DNA from: Octopus vulgaris
Taxonomy: Eukaryota
DNA length: 64,000 nucleotides
Direction: 5' to 3'
Assembly: GCA_951406725.2 (NCBI GenBank)
Contig: OX597832.1
Location: 37,448,001 to 37,512,000, forward strand
In this document: positions 28,055-40,962 of the stretch, piece by piece
Position numbering within the stretch: the stretch's first letter is position 1
How the letters are laid out: every line of letters starts with the position of its first letter
Translations under genes and position numbers: made by a program
Notes under the pieces: generated by a model
Seen by the model: only the letters and a program-made list of their open reading frames with translations
Told to the model about the DNA's origin: nothing
Databases searched by the model: none

Positions 28055-28139
28055 ATTCTCGACATATGTTTCGAAGGCTGCATATTCCTAATTCCGAAGG
28101 AATAAGGAGTACATTATGCAGATTTCTCATCAGGAAAAT
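28055..28139 (-). ncRNA. Hammerhead ribozyme with extended stem II
   Basis: ATTTTC-CTGATGA-GAA..CTGCATA..TCCT.ATTCC[TTC]GGAAT.AGGA.TATGCAG..TTC-GAAAC-ATAT-GTC-GAGAAT. Stem I is 6 bp, stem III is the palindrome ACATATGT, and the cleavage triplet is GUC. Confidence 0.8.
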
Positions 28140-28699
28140 CAAGGAACTTATGTCGACATCAAAATGCACAAAAAACTTTTAGCTGACCGCTCTCAAGGAG
28201 CCCATGGCGATAATGAGTGTCTCTTTATAATGAGTGACGTCAGAGTGGCTGAATGTAGAAGAATCTAGAAGTTTCTAAAGGTTCAAGAGTTCAAACGAAG
28301 TAGGAGGAGGGAGGCATAAGAATAGTAAGGTGAGAGAGTGCAGGTCAAAAGAATGGTGGGTTTAAATGATTTCTTTTGTGAATGAGTGCCTGTGTGTGTG
28401 ACTGTATATAACTGTCTTAATGTGTGTATGTGTGTGTCTAAATGCGTGATTGTGTTGGTGGATGGGTAGATGTCAGAAAACTGACAGCTGTGAGGTGAAA
28501 GATCTGTGTCTGTGTGTTCGATTATGTTTACTGTAGGGAAAGGAAAGTAGATAGCGAAAGGGAGAAACAATCGGGCGAGGTGAGAGGCAACGCAAGAATG
28601 GATAGTAGTAATTGGGAATATAAGAAAATCTTTTTGACTATTGGGGTGAAATATAGGAAAAGATTTTTTTGGAAATCGAGGGGTTATCTATATTAGTCA

Positions 28700-29098
28700 C
28701 TATTTATATGAGTGAAAGGTGTGTCTTTTCCAGTGTAAACACCTGTATGATCTTTCGACGATTGTGTTTATTAAAGGGCCTTTGGCGAACAAAATAGGAA
28801 AAAGTTCGGAATTACAGATGCCACAAAATTTTCTGCCTTTATCAAACGGGAAGGTCACCGACAAAATGGACCATTCGAACTTGAACGTAGTGTTATTGTT
28901 CTTCAGACACCAGACTAACTTGCTTAGCCCCGTGCTGTGTTGCTTTCTCTTATCTCTGAAAGTGGAATAATGGTTGGAGATCCTTTGGGATAATTTAGAA
29001 GAGGTTGCGCCAATATAGAAGTAGACATCGGTTCCAGAAGAGATTTTGCATTGGTAAGTGGTGTTTCTAATTTTGGAATTATGGGTACAGGACACCAA
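28700..29098 (-). pseudogene. PLE GIY-YIG endonuclease domain (open frame, 5'-truncated)
   Basis: Reads TYQCKI...FYIG...RISNH...STGLSKLVWCLK...WSIL...CGICNSE...IN...CLHWKRH followed by a stop. No RT lies upstream. Confidence 0.88.
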
Positions 29099-29464
29099 AA
29101 AACGTCGAACACAATGAGAAACGAAAACGTAAACACAAAATCATGGAAATTGACATTTTTCTTAAACAACGAAAAAATAGAGTACAAGACATTACAACAC
29201 AAGGAACATTCCCCGTCTTCAGCCGCCTCTGTTTCATCTACTCCGCGTTTCGAAGGTAAAGGCGAGACACGACTTCGTTGAAACAATCCTTCCCGCAGAA
29301 AGCAAATTAAATAAAATTTGAGATTTTTTGCGGAGGGGTAAAAATAGTAACAAAAACAGGACAGTAAAGACAGTACAAAATATAAAAATGTATATAAAAT
29401 ATATATACATAATACATACATATATATATGTATATATACATAATACACAGACACACACACACAC

Positions 29465-29537
<73 letters not shown>

Positions 29538-30335
29538 TACATATATATTACACGAGTGTGTAAGGGATAAATAAGGAGTCCGCAACTTGTTGCTGAGTGA
29601 CCTGCACAGATGGCTTGTTTGTAGTAATCAAATGTTTGTGCTAAACATTAGCTCACACCATCCATTAAATCGACATCGCCTTTCCTCGTGCATGGTATAC
29701 CATATATCAGATGTCGAAAGAATCGCAGAGCAACGTGGAATTAAATGTCTTGCTCAAGAATACAACGCACCGCTGAGTCCGGTGTCGAAACCACAATCTA
29801 ACGATCCTCACTGAACCACTCTAATTATGAGTTCACGTGTGTACACACACTCATACACACATGCACACATACACACAAACACACACATACAAACAGAAAC
29901 ACACACAGAAACACAAAGGCGTGTGCGCACTCACACACAAAACACACTTACACACACACACACGTACGCAAACTTATAATTCGGATGAAGAAATATCTGG
30001 ATTACGTTTATGATGCTTTCGACATCTCATTATTCCTTTCTATTTCTTACAGTAGACCTTGCCGTCATAGCCTCTAATAATTTTAAATTATTTATTGAGC
30101 ACTCTCTGTGAAAAATACATGTTAGATGGCACGAAGCGATTACTTTGAAGTACGTGTGTGTATAGATACGTAAATGTGTATGTGTGTATGTATGTCTGTA
30201 TGTATGAATGAATATATATATGTATGTATGGATGTGTGTATGTATGCATATGTCTGTGTACGTACACATATGTTTACTTATATAAATACATGTATTTATA
30301 ATAAATAAATAAATATATATATATATGTACATTCA

Positions 30336-30382
<47 letters not shown>

Positions 30383-31105
30383 GTATATACTTACGTATAT
30401 ATGTTGTGTATTTAATCTGAAATAGAGTGAGGGAAGTGGAGAAATAGAGTGACTGATAATAGTTAGCATTGACTGCTATACAGCATTTACATATTGACGA
30501 GATAAGATATATTTTTGGTATGCAATCAATAAAGTTATCATAAATTACAACAAAACCAGCAATAACATCTGTGAACTCTTGTAAAAAAAAATATCTAGCA
30601 AAAGAACATAAAGCAAAACAAAAAAAAAAGGAAAAAGATGAAATTCATCCCCATGCGGGAGAGGTTGGTAGGCAAAGAGGATAACTAGAGGAATATGCAG
30701 AAATATAACAACATAATAACATAACGAGATAAAAACAACAAATAGTATAAAATTACTAAAGAAAAATGCGACACCAAGAAAGTAACAAAATATGCAAATT
30801 AAAATAATAAAAAAAATTTTCCGCAAAGAAAGCGAAGAAACGAAGATCTTTGTCTAAAACTACTAAGAGAGCCAGTAGGTGTTTTCACAGATCCTCTATT
30901 TAAGCCAGCAGCCATATTGTAAATGGATGTTATGTGTTATGTCTTGGAGCTTTGACTTTTGTAAGCAATGACCTACCTGCTGTGAACTTCACACAGCACG
31001 CTGTCTTTGAGGTTGTTGAGGCTGTGTCGAAACCGTTGCTAATAACTCTCGGCTAACACTGAAACTACAGATGATGCTGCCATACTAAACCAAATCATAC
31101 GTAGC

Positions 31106-31177
<72 letters not shown>

Positions 31178-31533
31178 GCATACACACACATACATTCACT
31201 CATTCTACTCCATCTCATTCCACACCCAAACATATCCCACACGCTTTTACACTCGCACACGAACAGATAATTACTTGTACGCTTTAATACAGACTCTCAA
31301 AAGTCGTAGACATTATCCCCCACACTCACGCACACTGACAAACACACAAAAGCCCACGTATACACACACGCACAAATACATACGCAAATGTATATATAGA
31401 CATTCATACACACACATACACAATAAGCCCACACACACATACTCATACACACCTAAATACACACTCAAATATACGCTCCTCTCATATTCATTATATTCTC
31501 CTAAAACTATTTTTCTACTCACACTTACACACG

Positions 31534-31585
<52 letters not shown>

Positions 31586-32380
31586 AGTACATAGACCAAT
31601 CGCATTCGCTATCATCATCATAGTCATCTCTCTCTGTCTCTCTCTCTCTCTTTCTCTCCTCTTCTATTTAACTATTTTTACCTCTCATAACAACTTTCCC
31701 TTTTCCTCCCTATTTCACTGTTTTTCAACCACTTCAACTCTCACATTCTTTGTCACTCTCTCTGTCACTCCCTCTGCCACGCTCTCTCCGTCTTGCTCTC
31801 CTAAGTCTCTTGCTCTTCTACAAACTCTTCACGCCTTACTCTTTATTGGGCAAAAGTTCCCTCCAATTAAAACGAGCTCATGTTCTTTCTGGCAAAAGAC
31901 ACCGTGAATAAAAATCCCAATACAAACGCACACTTATACACGCATACATATACTCACATATATACATTAATAAACGAACGTATATATATATATGTGTGTG
32001 TGTGTGTCTTGGTATGTGTGTCTTTGTACATATGTATACGCACACATATGCAGGAATATACATTTAAAAATAGTTACATGGCAACACAGATGGGAGACAG
32101 TCCACAGTTGGTGGGGACATTCCACATACACGTTAACACACACACACACCTGCACACACTGACAACAAACAGTCACACACATACACACAAATACCTACCG
32201 TAGCACATTATTATACACCATGACACTATATACATGGAGATGCTGACTGTGACAGCTTCACACGCAGATACAGAAATATTCACGTCGTCGTGACAAATTA
32301 CGTTACACATTGAGATACTGTATCTCTCTTCGTTGTTACAATTTATCACACTCTTACTGTAATATCCAACGATACAGAGT

Positions 32381-32406
32381 TGGGGGGTAACACAGACACA
32401 CAAACG

Positions 32407-32458
<52 letters not shown>

Positions 32459-32672
32459 ACATCTACCAAATCCACTCACAAGGCTTTGGTCAGTCCGAGG
32501 CAACAGTAGAAGACACTTGCCCAAGGTGCCATGCAGTGGGACTGAACCTGGAACCATGTGGATGGTAAGCAAGCTACTTACCACACAGCCACTCCTGCGC
32601 CTATCTTTACGTTCTGAGTTCAAATTCTGCCAAGCTCGACTCTGCCTTTCATTCTTTTGGGGTCGATAAAAT
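32381..32672. repeat. Local duplicate of 33522-33802 (SINE B head fused to SINE C body)
   Basis: Both copies share the B/C junction GCGCCTATCTTTACG and private variants (TGGATGGT, GCCAAGCTCGACTCTG). Confidence 0.85.
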
Positions 32673-33026
32673 ATATTCATATGTACACATTATCGCACAC
32701 AAAGATATCCAAATGCTATACAGAAATTCGGATTGTAGCATGTCGATATATTTACACGTGACCATGCACAACTTAACACACACACACACACACACTCACG
32801 CACGCACACACACTCACACGCACACACAAACACACGCGCGCGCACACGCACACACAGAGTGATATTCAAATCACACACGGAGTTACAAACAGTGATACGC
32901 TGTCACAGACTGTAAAACAAACATATATTTATACATTATCCCACACAGTGATAACACAGCCATTAAGAAAGAGAGGAGACTAACAAAAAGAAGAAATTTG
33001 TAAGAGAGATAATATTCCTCTCATCC

Positions 33027-33880
33027 AAGGCGGTGAGCTGCCAGGATTGTTAGAACGCCATGCAAAATGCTTAGTGGCATTTCATCAATCTTCAGGTTCT
33101 GAGCACAAATTCTACCGAGGTAGACTTTGTCTTTCAACCTCCCGGGATTGATAAGACATATACTAGTTGAGCACAAGGATCGATATAATCGACTTACCCC
33201 ACCCCCGTCAAAACTTGCTGGCCTTGTGCCAAAATCTGAAACCATTATTATTATTGTTGTTGTTGTTGTTGCTGGTTGTTGTTGTTGGCAGAATCGTTAG
33301 CACGCCGGGCAAAATGTTTAGCGGCATTTCGTCTATTCTTTTCTTCTATTTGCTTCAGTCATTTGACTGCAGCCATGCTGGAGCACCGCCTTTAGTCGAA
33401 CGAATCAACCCCAGGACTTATTCTTTGTTAGTTCAGTACTTATTCTATCGATCAGCTTTTGCCGAACCGCTAAGTTACGGGGACGTAGACATGCAAACAT
33501 CGGTTGTCAAGCGATGGGGGCTGGGTAACACAGACACACAAACGCATACACACACACACACACACACACACATACACACACACACATACAACGTCTACCA
33601 AATCCACTCACAAGGCTTTGGTCGGCCCGAGACTACAGTAGAAGACACTTGCCCAAGGTGCCATGTAGTGGGACTGAACCTGGAACCATGTGGATGGTAA
33701 GCAAGCTACTTACCACACAGCCACTCCTGCGCCTATCTTTACGTTCTGAGTTCAAATTCTGCCAAGCTCGACTCTGCCTTTCATCCTTTCGGGGTCGATA
33801 AAATAATTACCATTTGAGTACAGGGGTCGATGTAATTGACTTCTTCCACCCCTGACCTTGTGTCAAAATTTGTTACCAAT
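33027..33880. mobile_element. SINE cluster: C (+) at 33027-33245, then C (+) at 33287-33880 interrupted by B (-) at 33337-33733
   Basis: Has a GGCGGTGAGCTG head. The family C sequence resumes right after the B head (CCTGCGCC). Confidence 0.85.
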
Positions 33881-34359
33881 TCCTCTCATCCATAACATCC
33901 TGGTGGTGGTAGTCGGAGTGATTTGAGTGGTGGTTTTGCTACTGCTGATGGTGATGTTCGTGAAAGTATTGGTGGGGATGGTCAAGGATGGAAAAGGTAC
34001 TTGTTGGCGGATGGTGACAGCGTTAGTCCCTGTGTTCGCGGTAATGGTACAGGGTAGTGGAAGGAGATGGGAACTATAGGAGAGGCAGTGGTAGGGTATT
34101 TTTCTTTTTTTTTGTATTGATGGGGACTATTAAATGGTTGTTCATATGGTTAGTAATGATATATGAGGTATTGTAGCTGTTGTGGATGATGAGATTGCTG
34201 GTGGCGATGGAAACGTTGATGGTAGTCTGATGGTGGTGATTCGAAAAATTATAAGGTTCTGGCGACAAAACAATATGTATCACGTGAAATTAATAAACTA
34301 AGTGGGGAAGATATTTTTGAGGAAATTCAAAGAAATCCCAAAATGCTTGGTCACATTCC

Positions 34360-34404
34360 ATCTGAGGAAGCATCGACACACAGCTGTTGCTGAAACATAG
34401 TTAT
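34360..34404 (+). ncRNA. Candidate hammerhead motif (weak stem I)
   Basis: AT-CTGAGGA-AGCA[15 nt]TGCT-GAAAC-ATA-GTT-AT. Confidence 0.45.
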
Positions 34405-35603
34405 ATAATAATTCCAAGGATAATCTTTATGATATATAAATGTGAACTGGTGTCCGGTGCAGAAACAAATGTTGTGATTTGTTATTAGAAACTGGAGTTT
34501 TCCGTCCTCGCGTTATATTATACTTATATGTATGTACGAACGTACGTATGTATGTATGTATTTATGTATGTATGTATGTGTGTGTGCATATATACATAAA
34601 AAATACATATATACATATTCATATATATATATATACATACACATATATATATACATGCATATATATGCATACATATATATACACACACATATACACACAT
34701 ACATACACACACGTGCATATATGCATATATGTATATATATATATATATATATACATATATACATATATACATATATACATATGTATACGCACACATATAT
34801 ATTTATACATACGTACACACATGCATAAGACCGTAAACTTACGAAAATTTACTGTTTGAAAACAAGGCCAGAAAAAATATATACAAGCTTCCACATGCAC
34901 ATTTATAAATATATAAATATATCTGTACATACACAAGTATTTATATATATATATATATGAGTGAGTGTATATCTATTTATATACGTATATATACATCATT
35001 TATATATGTATGAATGCATACATTATTGATATATGCATATATGTATTATTATACACACATACACACACACATGTGTGTGTGTGTATACATTTATCTTTCA
35101 CCTTAGGATGAGATATCCTACTGACAATCAGTTATCATTTCCAATCTCCCGGCTTCTGCTCCCTCGTATCACATTGTACCTTGCCAGTTATATTTAATTT
35201 TATTTTTCCCTATATATGTATTTCCCTGGTAACTATGAAATTTCTCACCAATTCTTTTTCACTCTTTTTCTTTTTTTACCATTTTCATCTTCATATAAAT
35301 ATTCTTTTCTACTTCTTCAATAAAATATCTTAAGGGACCTTTCCTTTTTTTACGTATATCTTTTCAAAACCCTCTTTGTCTTTTTTTAGACTTACATTTT
35401 TAAAAAAATATATTTTAGAAATATTTTTCATTGTTATTGGTATTTTTTTCTGTTTTTTTTTTCATCTGATTCTGTTTCCAAATGTTTACTTCGTCTCAAT
35501 ATAGTTCACACTTTCAAAAATACTCTCAGACTATTTAACACTCTCTCTTCCTTTAGCCTTACCCAACTTTAAATGCAATATTTTCTTTAGTAGGCTTAAA
35601 TGT

Positions 35604-35695
35604 ATTTACCTTATTTACTCGTGTATAAGACGCATCCCGGGTTTTTAAAAAAAAACTAAAATAGGGTAAACTAGTGCAGCTTATCTGCAAGTGTC
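35604..35695 (+). mobile_element. Possible Tc2/pogo-like DNA transposon terminus fragment
   Basis: TACCTTATTTACTCGTGTATAAGACGCA...TGCAGCTTATCTGCAAGT resembles the subterminal palindrome of such elements. This is recognition from memory only. Confidence 0.4.
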
Positions 35696-36105
35696 TTTTA
35701 CAAGTCTCAGTCATTGGACTGTGGCCATGCAGGGGCATCGTCTTGAAAGGTTTAGTTGAAAGAAATTGACACCAGCACTTACATTTTAAATTTGATGATT
35801 ATTCTAGCGATCATCTTGGTTGAACTGGAAAGTTACTGGAACTTAAACAAAGCAACACCGGCTGTTAAGAGGTAGGGGGGGTACTAAGGCAAAGACACAC
35901 GCGCAGGCACAGAAACACACACTCACACAGACATGCATGCACTCAAGCACACACACATACGACTGGCTTACTTTTAGTTTCCGTTTACCAAATCTTCTCA
36001 CAAGGCTCGACGCTTCTAATACAAGTAGCAGAAGACACTTACCCGAGGTGGCATCCAGCGGAGGTAAACCTGAAACCACAGGGTCAGGAAGTAAGCTTCT
36101 TAAGT
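35695..36105 (-). mobile_element. SINE family B, old copy
   Basis: Colinear with the other B copies (CAGTCATTGGACTGTGGCCATGC ... AGAAGACACTTACCCGAGGTG). Confidence 0.7.
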
Positions 36106-36250
36106 CATACATATATATTAATATATATATATATATATATATGTTATGTGTATATATTTTATATATATATATATGTATAGTCATGTCCATGTATATGTAT
36201 GTACATTCATATATAGATACATACGTATGTAAATATGTACATGCATAATG

Positions 36251-36381
36251 TATTATTCGTATAGAGAAATATTGTTGACAGTGACTTCGAAGTCTCGGCC
36301 AGCTAAACCATCGTCAGACGACAGTCTAGCTAGTTGAAACTTTGAACTCACTGTCACCAACATTCTTGTTTAAGAATAGTA
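36251..36381. repeat. Short fold-back containing a degenerate hammerhead
   Basis: Arms are about 36251-36306 and 36326-36381. Minus 36281-36319 reads GT-CTGACGA-T-GGTT[TAGCT]GGCC-GAGAC-TTCGAA-GTC-AC. The opposite arm keeps GAAAC-TTTGAA-CTC-ACTGT. Confidence 0.65.
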
Positions 36382-36495
36382 AATTTGTGCGCTACAAAAG
36401 TATAGAGTAACCCATTAAATTAATGTAGAATAGTTTTTATTATAACTGAACATAAGAAAAAACATTATTGTATACATACATACTCCCCTCTCTCT

Positions 36496-36541
<46 letters not shown>

Positions 36542-36597
36542 CGGAGATGTACTCGCATAGCAAGTGATTTGATCTGAGATCGTGTGCTGGAACGAAA

Positions 36598-36890
36598 ACA
36601 ATTGCATGGAAGGTAATTTGTAAGCCATTTATAAACACATTCGATTCACTTCAACATTTAAGTTTAATTTGTCAAAATATTTTCGTCGCTAAAATCTGCG
36701 ACCTGTTCACTACAAAAATCCGTGCTGCATCCATGCTGCATCCGTGCTTCATCTGTTATCCGTGCTGAGATATTTTCAGTGAACAGCTAGCGAAAAATAT
36801 TTTGACAAATTAAATTTAAATGTTGAAGTGAATCGAACGGCTTTTGTGGGTTTCTTAAATGGCTTACAAACACCTTCCACGCTGCAATTG
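36598..36890. repeat. Fold-back (about 36598-36711 and 36778-36890) between two (TA)n tracts, with ATCCGTGCTGC-like tandem units in the spacer
   Basis: The arms are reverse complements with small indels. Confidence 0.85.
36668..36716 (-). ncRNA. Hammerhead-topology motif with GUGAACA (G3-C8) core
   Basis: TTTGT-A-GTGAACA-G-GTCGC[AGATTTTA]GCGAC-GAAAA-TA-TTT-TGACAAA. Confidence 0.5.
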
Positions 36891-36891
36891 T

Positions 36892-37017
<126 letters not shown>

Positions 37018-37121
37018 TGTATGTATGTATATATATACATATAAATATGTATGTATGTATATATATATATATTCATATACATATATATACATATATTTCT
37101 CTCTCTCTCACTCACTCACTG

Positions 37122-37189
<68 letters not shown>

Positions 37190-37968
37190 CATAATTATTT
37201 TTCTCTCTCGCTTTACCTGTATATGTGTGTGTGTGTGTCTCCGCGTGTGTGTATGTGTGTAAATGTGTGCATGTGTGTGTGTAAATATATACTTTCCCCT
37301 TCACCTTAGGATATGATATCGTACTGACAATCAGTTACCGTTTCCAATCCTCTGGTTTTCTGTACGCCTAGTGCGATTGAAATTACATTACATATAACCG
37401 GTATTTTCGAAGTCTATGAGCTTTTCTTATGCAGCAAAGGAGTAATTTATGCAGAGAAATTGCTTATTATAATGCAAGTTCCCTTTAGCTGGTTTCCATA
37501 TATAGAAAGATCACGGAGTACATGTAAGAAAAAACAAAATTGGAGAGTTGGTTTATTAGTTACGGAATTTCGTCTTACACGTGTTTGAGCGAACACTTTG
37601 GCCAATACACACACAACAACAACACAACACGTATATATGAAGAACAATGTAAATATAATTGTATAATAGAACTTGGATGAACAAATCTCCATTCCCCTCA
37701 CCGTCATTAATTTCAGTGGCTGTGTGGCCCCTTGGGCAAGTTTTTCTTCTACTATAACCTCGGGCCTACCAAAGCCTTGTGAGTGGATTTGGTGAAATAA
37801 GATGATGAACTAAGAGAGCGAATTAGTTTCTACCGAGATATGAACTCGGATAGCTGGATTCAATGTCCAGAGTGCTAACCATGAGGAACCAATTGGCGAT
37901 TCAGTTTTCTTACTTTCACTTTCAAACATATAGTAAAGCATTGTGATACTAAGGCAGTATACGTATAT

Positions 37969-38188
37969 ATTTCTTTACTACCCACAAAGGGCTAAACACA
38001 GAGGGGACAAACAAGGACAGACAAAGGGATTAAGTCGATTACATCGAACCCAGTGCGTAACTGGTACTTAATTTATCGACCCCAAAAGGATGAAAGGCAA
38101 AGTCGACCTCGGCGGAATTTGAACTTCGAACGTAACGACACACGAAATACGGCAACGAATTTCGCCCGGCGTGCTAACGTTTCTGCCA
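37969..38188 (-). mobile_element. SINE family C, left-monomer type with the alternative tail
   Basis: Matches 41503-41733, including TTTCTTTACTACCCACAA.GGGCTAAACACAGAG. Confidence 0.85.
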
Positions 38189-38786
38189 TAGTCATTAAAC
38201 TAAGTCGGTAGCAAACTTAGGTAGACTGATTTTCATTTGTCAAGCTAAGCCAAATAATCGAATATGATACAAAGCCAGTTATGACGTAAAGGCGGCTATC
38301 CACTATGGAACTATGGTCACAAACGGTCAACTACTCCGTGACGCACGTTCGACCCAGTGGCTGTGAATTTGTGCCCGGAGATCTTGACTTCTAGCTTCCT
38401 ACTTAAATATACATAAGTATTCAATTAGACAAAGCGTGCTGGTTTATGATCCAAAACGCTATGAAGTGAATTTCTATTTTATAGTAAGCGTTGTGATCCC
38501 ATTTTCTAGTCAAACAATTGACTGATATTCAAGGTTATTTCATTTTGCATTTCCTTCGGTCCTCCCTCTTTCCTTCAATCCACACCAACAACAACATGAT
38601 ATTCTTCCCTTCTGCAAGCTGCTACATTTTCATACGGGTCTAATCATAACCTTGTTTATGAACGTTGCTATAAATCATAGAACCCTATTTATCATACAGC
38701 CTAATATCCATGTTCAGTCTATAATACCCTATACCATTTTTAACGTCAAATGCCATTTGTCATCCCCGCCCTAGCGTCAAATTAGT

Positions 38787-38846
<60 letters not shown>

Positions 38847-39699
38847 CACATACTAGCATCAAACGTAACATGTTACCAAATGTACCTCATACTGTACTGT
38901 TCAAAGTATATTCTTTCATCAATTATAAACTTTCGTTTAAGACTTAGATTTATTGTATATTATACCCTTTTAATGTCATTTATTGGATCGTATAACCTCG
39001 AATAATCTCTCGCGTTAGCTTTATTTGTATCATATATTACATTAATATACCGCATTAATGTCAGATTTATCAAATACTATATACTATATTAGCATGAGTT
39101 ATATATTATAGCTCTTCAACTTCGTGTGTGTCTCCATATGTTTGTCTTTGTCCCCACCACCTCTTGACCATCGGTGTTGGTGTGTTTATGTCCCCATAAC
39201 TTAGCGGTACGGCAAAAGAACCGTGGACGATTTGTTCGACTAAAAAGATGTACCGACTAAACTCTTGAAAGAGGTGCACCAGTATGGCCGCCGTCTAATG
39301 ACTGAAACAAGTAAAGGATACAAAATAAAAGATAAAGTCGATTATATTATATAATATATTTTAGCGTCAATTGTATCATATTTTGTATCACATAAATATA
39401 CCATCAAAGCTGTATTCTATACAGCAGTAACGCAATATTTATCAGAAATAATAGGAAATGTGATAGAAGGGGAGGCTTTTGTCACATACATAGTCATTCT
39501 AACTACATGGGATAGATATGTTGTATATGGCAATTACGCTTTATGTAATAATGATGCTGTCTTTGTAGTAGTTATGTGGTAAGATGTTTTCATCTTGTAT
39601 GTGGTAATTATCCCGTGTTAATTATGTTGAACATAGTAATTATATTCTATATGGCAATTATGCTGTATATGTTAATTATGTTGTATATAGTAATACTAT

Positions 39700-39945
39700 A
39701 GAAGGCACGAGATTTGCAAGTTGTTAGGGTGGTGCTCTCATGATCGCGAGACAGTGGGTTCGATACGCAGACTGGGCAAACTTGTTACGTCCTTCAGTAA
39801 AACACTTTATCTGGCGTTGTTCTACGATCACTTTGACATCTGACTTGCGGCACCCCGTGTCCCTGCACAGGCTGTGTTGTCTTGATGAAGGGTGCGAACA
39901 CCTGTGCAGCGCATACGTTTGATCAATATAAACAAATGATTTCGT
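39700..39945 (+). mobile_element. Degenerate tRNA-derived SINE
   Basis: GAAGGCAC...GTTAGGGT...GGGTTCGATAC...AAACACTTTAT resembles the head of families A and D. Confidence 0.55.
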
Positions 39946-40103
39946 ATTTGGTGATTATGTTCTTCGTAGTAGCCATGTTGTTGTTGTTGGTAATTATTTT
40001 GGATCTGGTGATTATGTATGTTTTTTGTTTTTTTTTGTTTTGGTTTACGTTGTGTTTATTAGTGCATATGGCATTGCTGCTGCTGCTGCTGCCGCTGCTG
40101 GTG

Positions 40104-40136
<33 letters not shown>

Positions 40137-40238
40137 ATGATGATGATGATGATATCGTTTCCGAGTTTTGTTGCTGCTGAACCGAGTTGTATTGTTGCTG
40201 AAATTCGTACCCAATGATGTTTGTTGCATTATACATTT

Positions 40239-40308
<70 letters not shown>

Positions 40309-40549
40309 GCAGGCACGCGAACACGCACACATACGTACATACACACACACACACAGGCATACACTGAAGCACCCACAGCAACAACAACAACATCTACGTG
40401 TGTGTTTCTGTACTGGTGTCATAGTTGTAGTTGCACCTAGTTAATTTTCATTCATACACATGTAATAGGTATGGATTATTTTAATAAAAACAAAGAAAAA
40501 TCGCAACTACTGCTGCTAATACTACTACTAGCAACAACAACAACAACGA

Positions 40550-40550
40550 C

Positions 40551-40641
<91 letters not shown>

Positions 40642-40711
40642 TTAATATTATTATTATAATAATAATAATTATAATTATTATAATATAATATTAATAATAA
40701 TAATAATCATG

Positions 40712-40790
<79 letters not shown>

Positions 40791-40839
40791 TGATGATAAT
40801 AATAATAATAGAAGAAGAATAACAAGAAGAATAAAGAAA

Positions 40840-40870
<31 letters not shown>

Positions 40871-40962
40871 AAGAAGAAGAAGAAGAAGAAGAAGAAGAAG
40901 AAGAAGAAGAAGAAGAAGAAGAAGAAGAAGAAGAAGAAGAAGAAGAAGAAGAAGAAGAAGAA
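40550..40962. repeat. (AAT)n followed by (AAG)n microsatellite
   Basis: Read directly from the sequence. Confidence 0.95.

Larger units (their letters stand above)
28000..29098 (-). mobile_element. 3' end of a Penelope-like element: EN C-terminus, 3' region, hammerhead, then (TA)n
   Basis: The GIY-YIG ORF, the hammerhead and the (TA)n junction lie on one strand in the order expected for a 5'-truncated PLE. Confidence 0.85.

Noticed and set aside
28600-28700. SECIS element downstream of the GIY-YIG stop (some Naiad PLEs encode selenoproteins)
   Set aside because: The fragment has no in-frame TGA, and the GTGA..AA stem lacks the 3' GA needed for the quartet.
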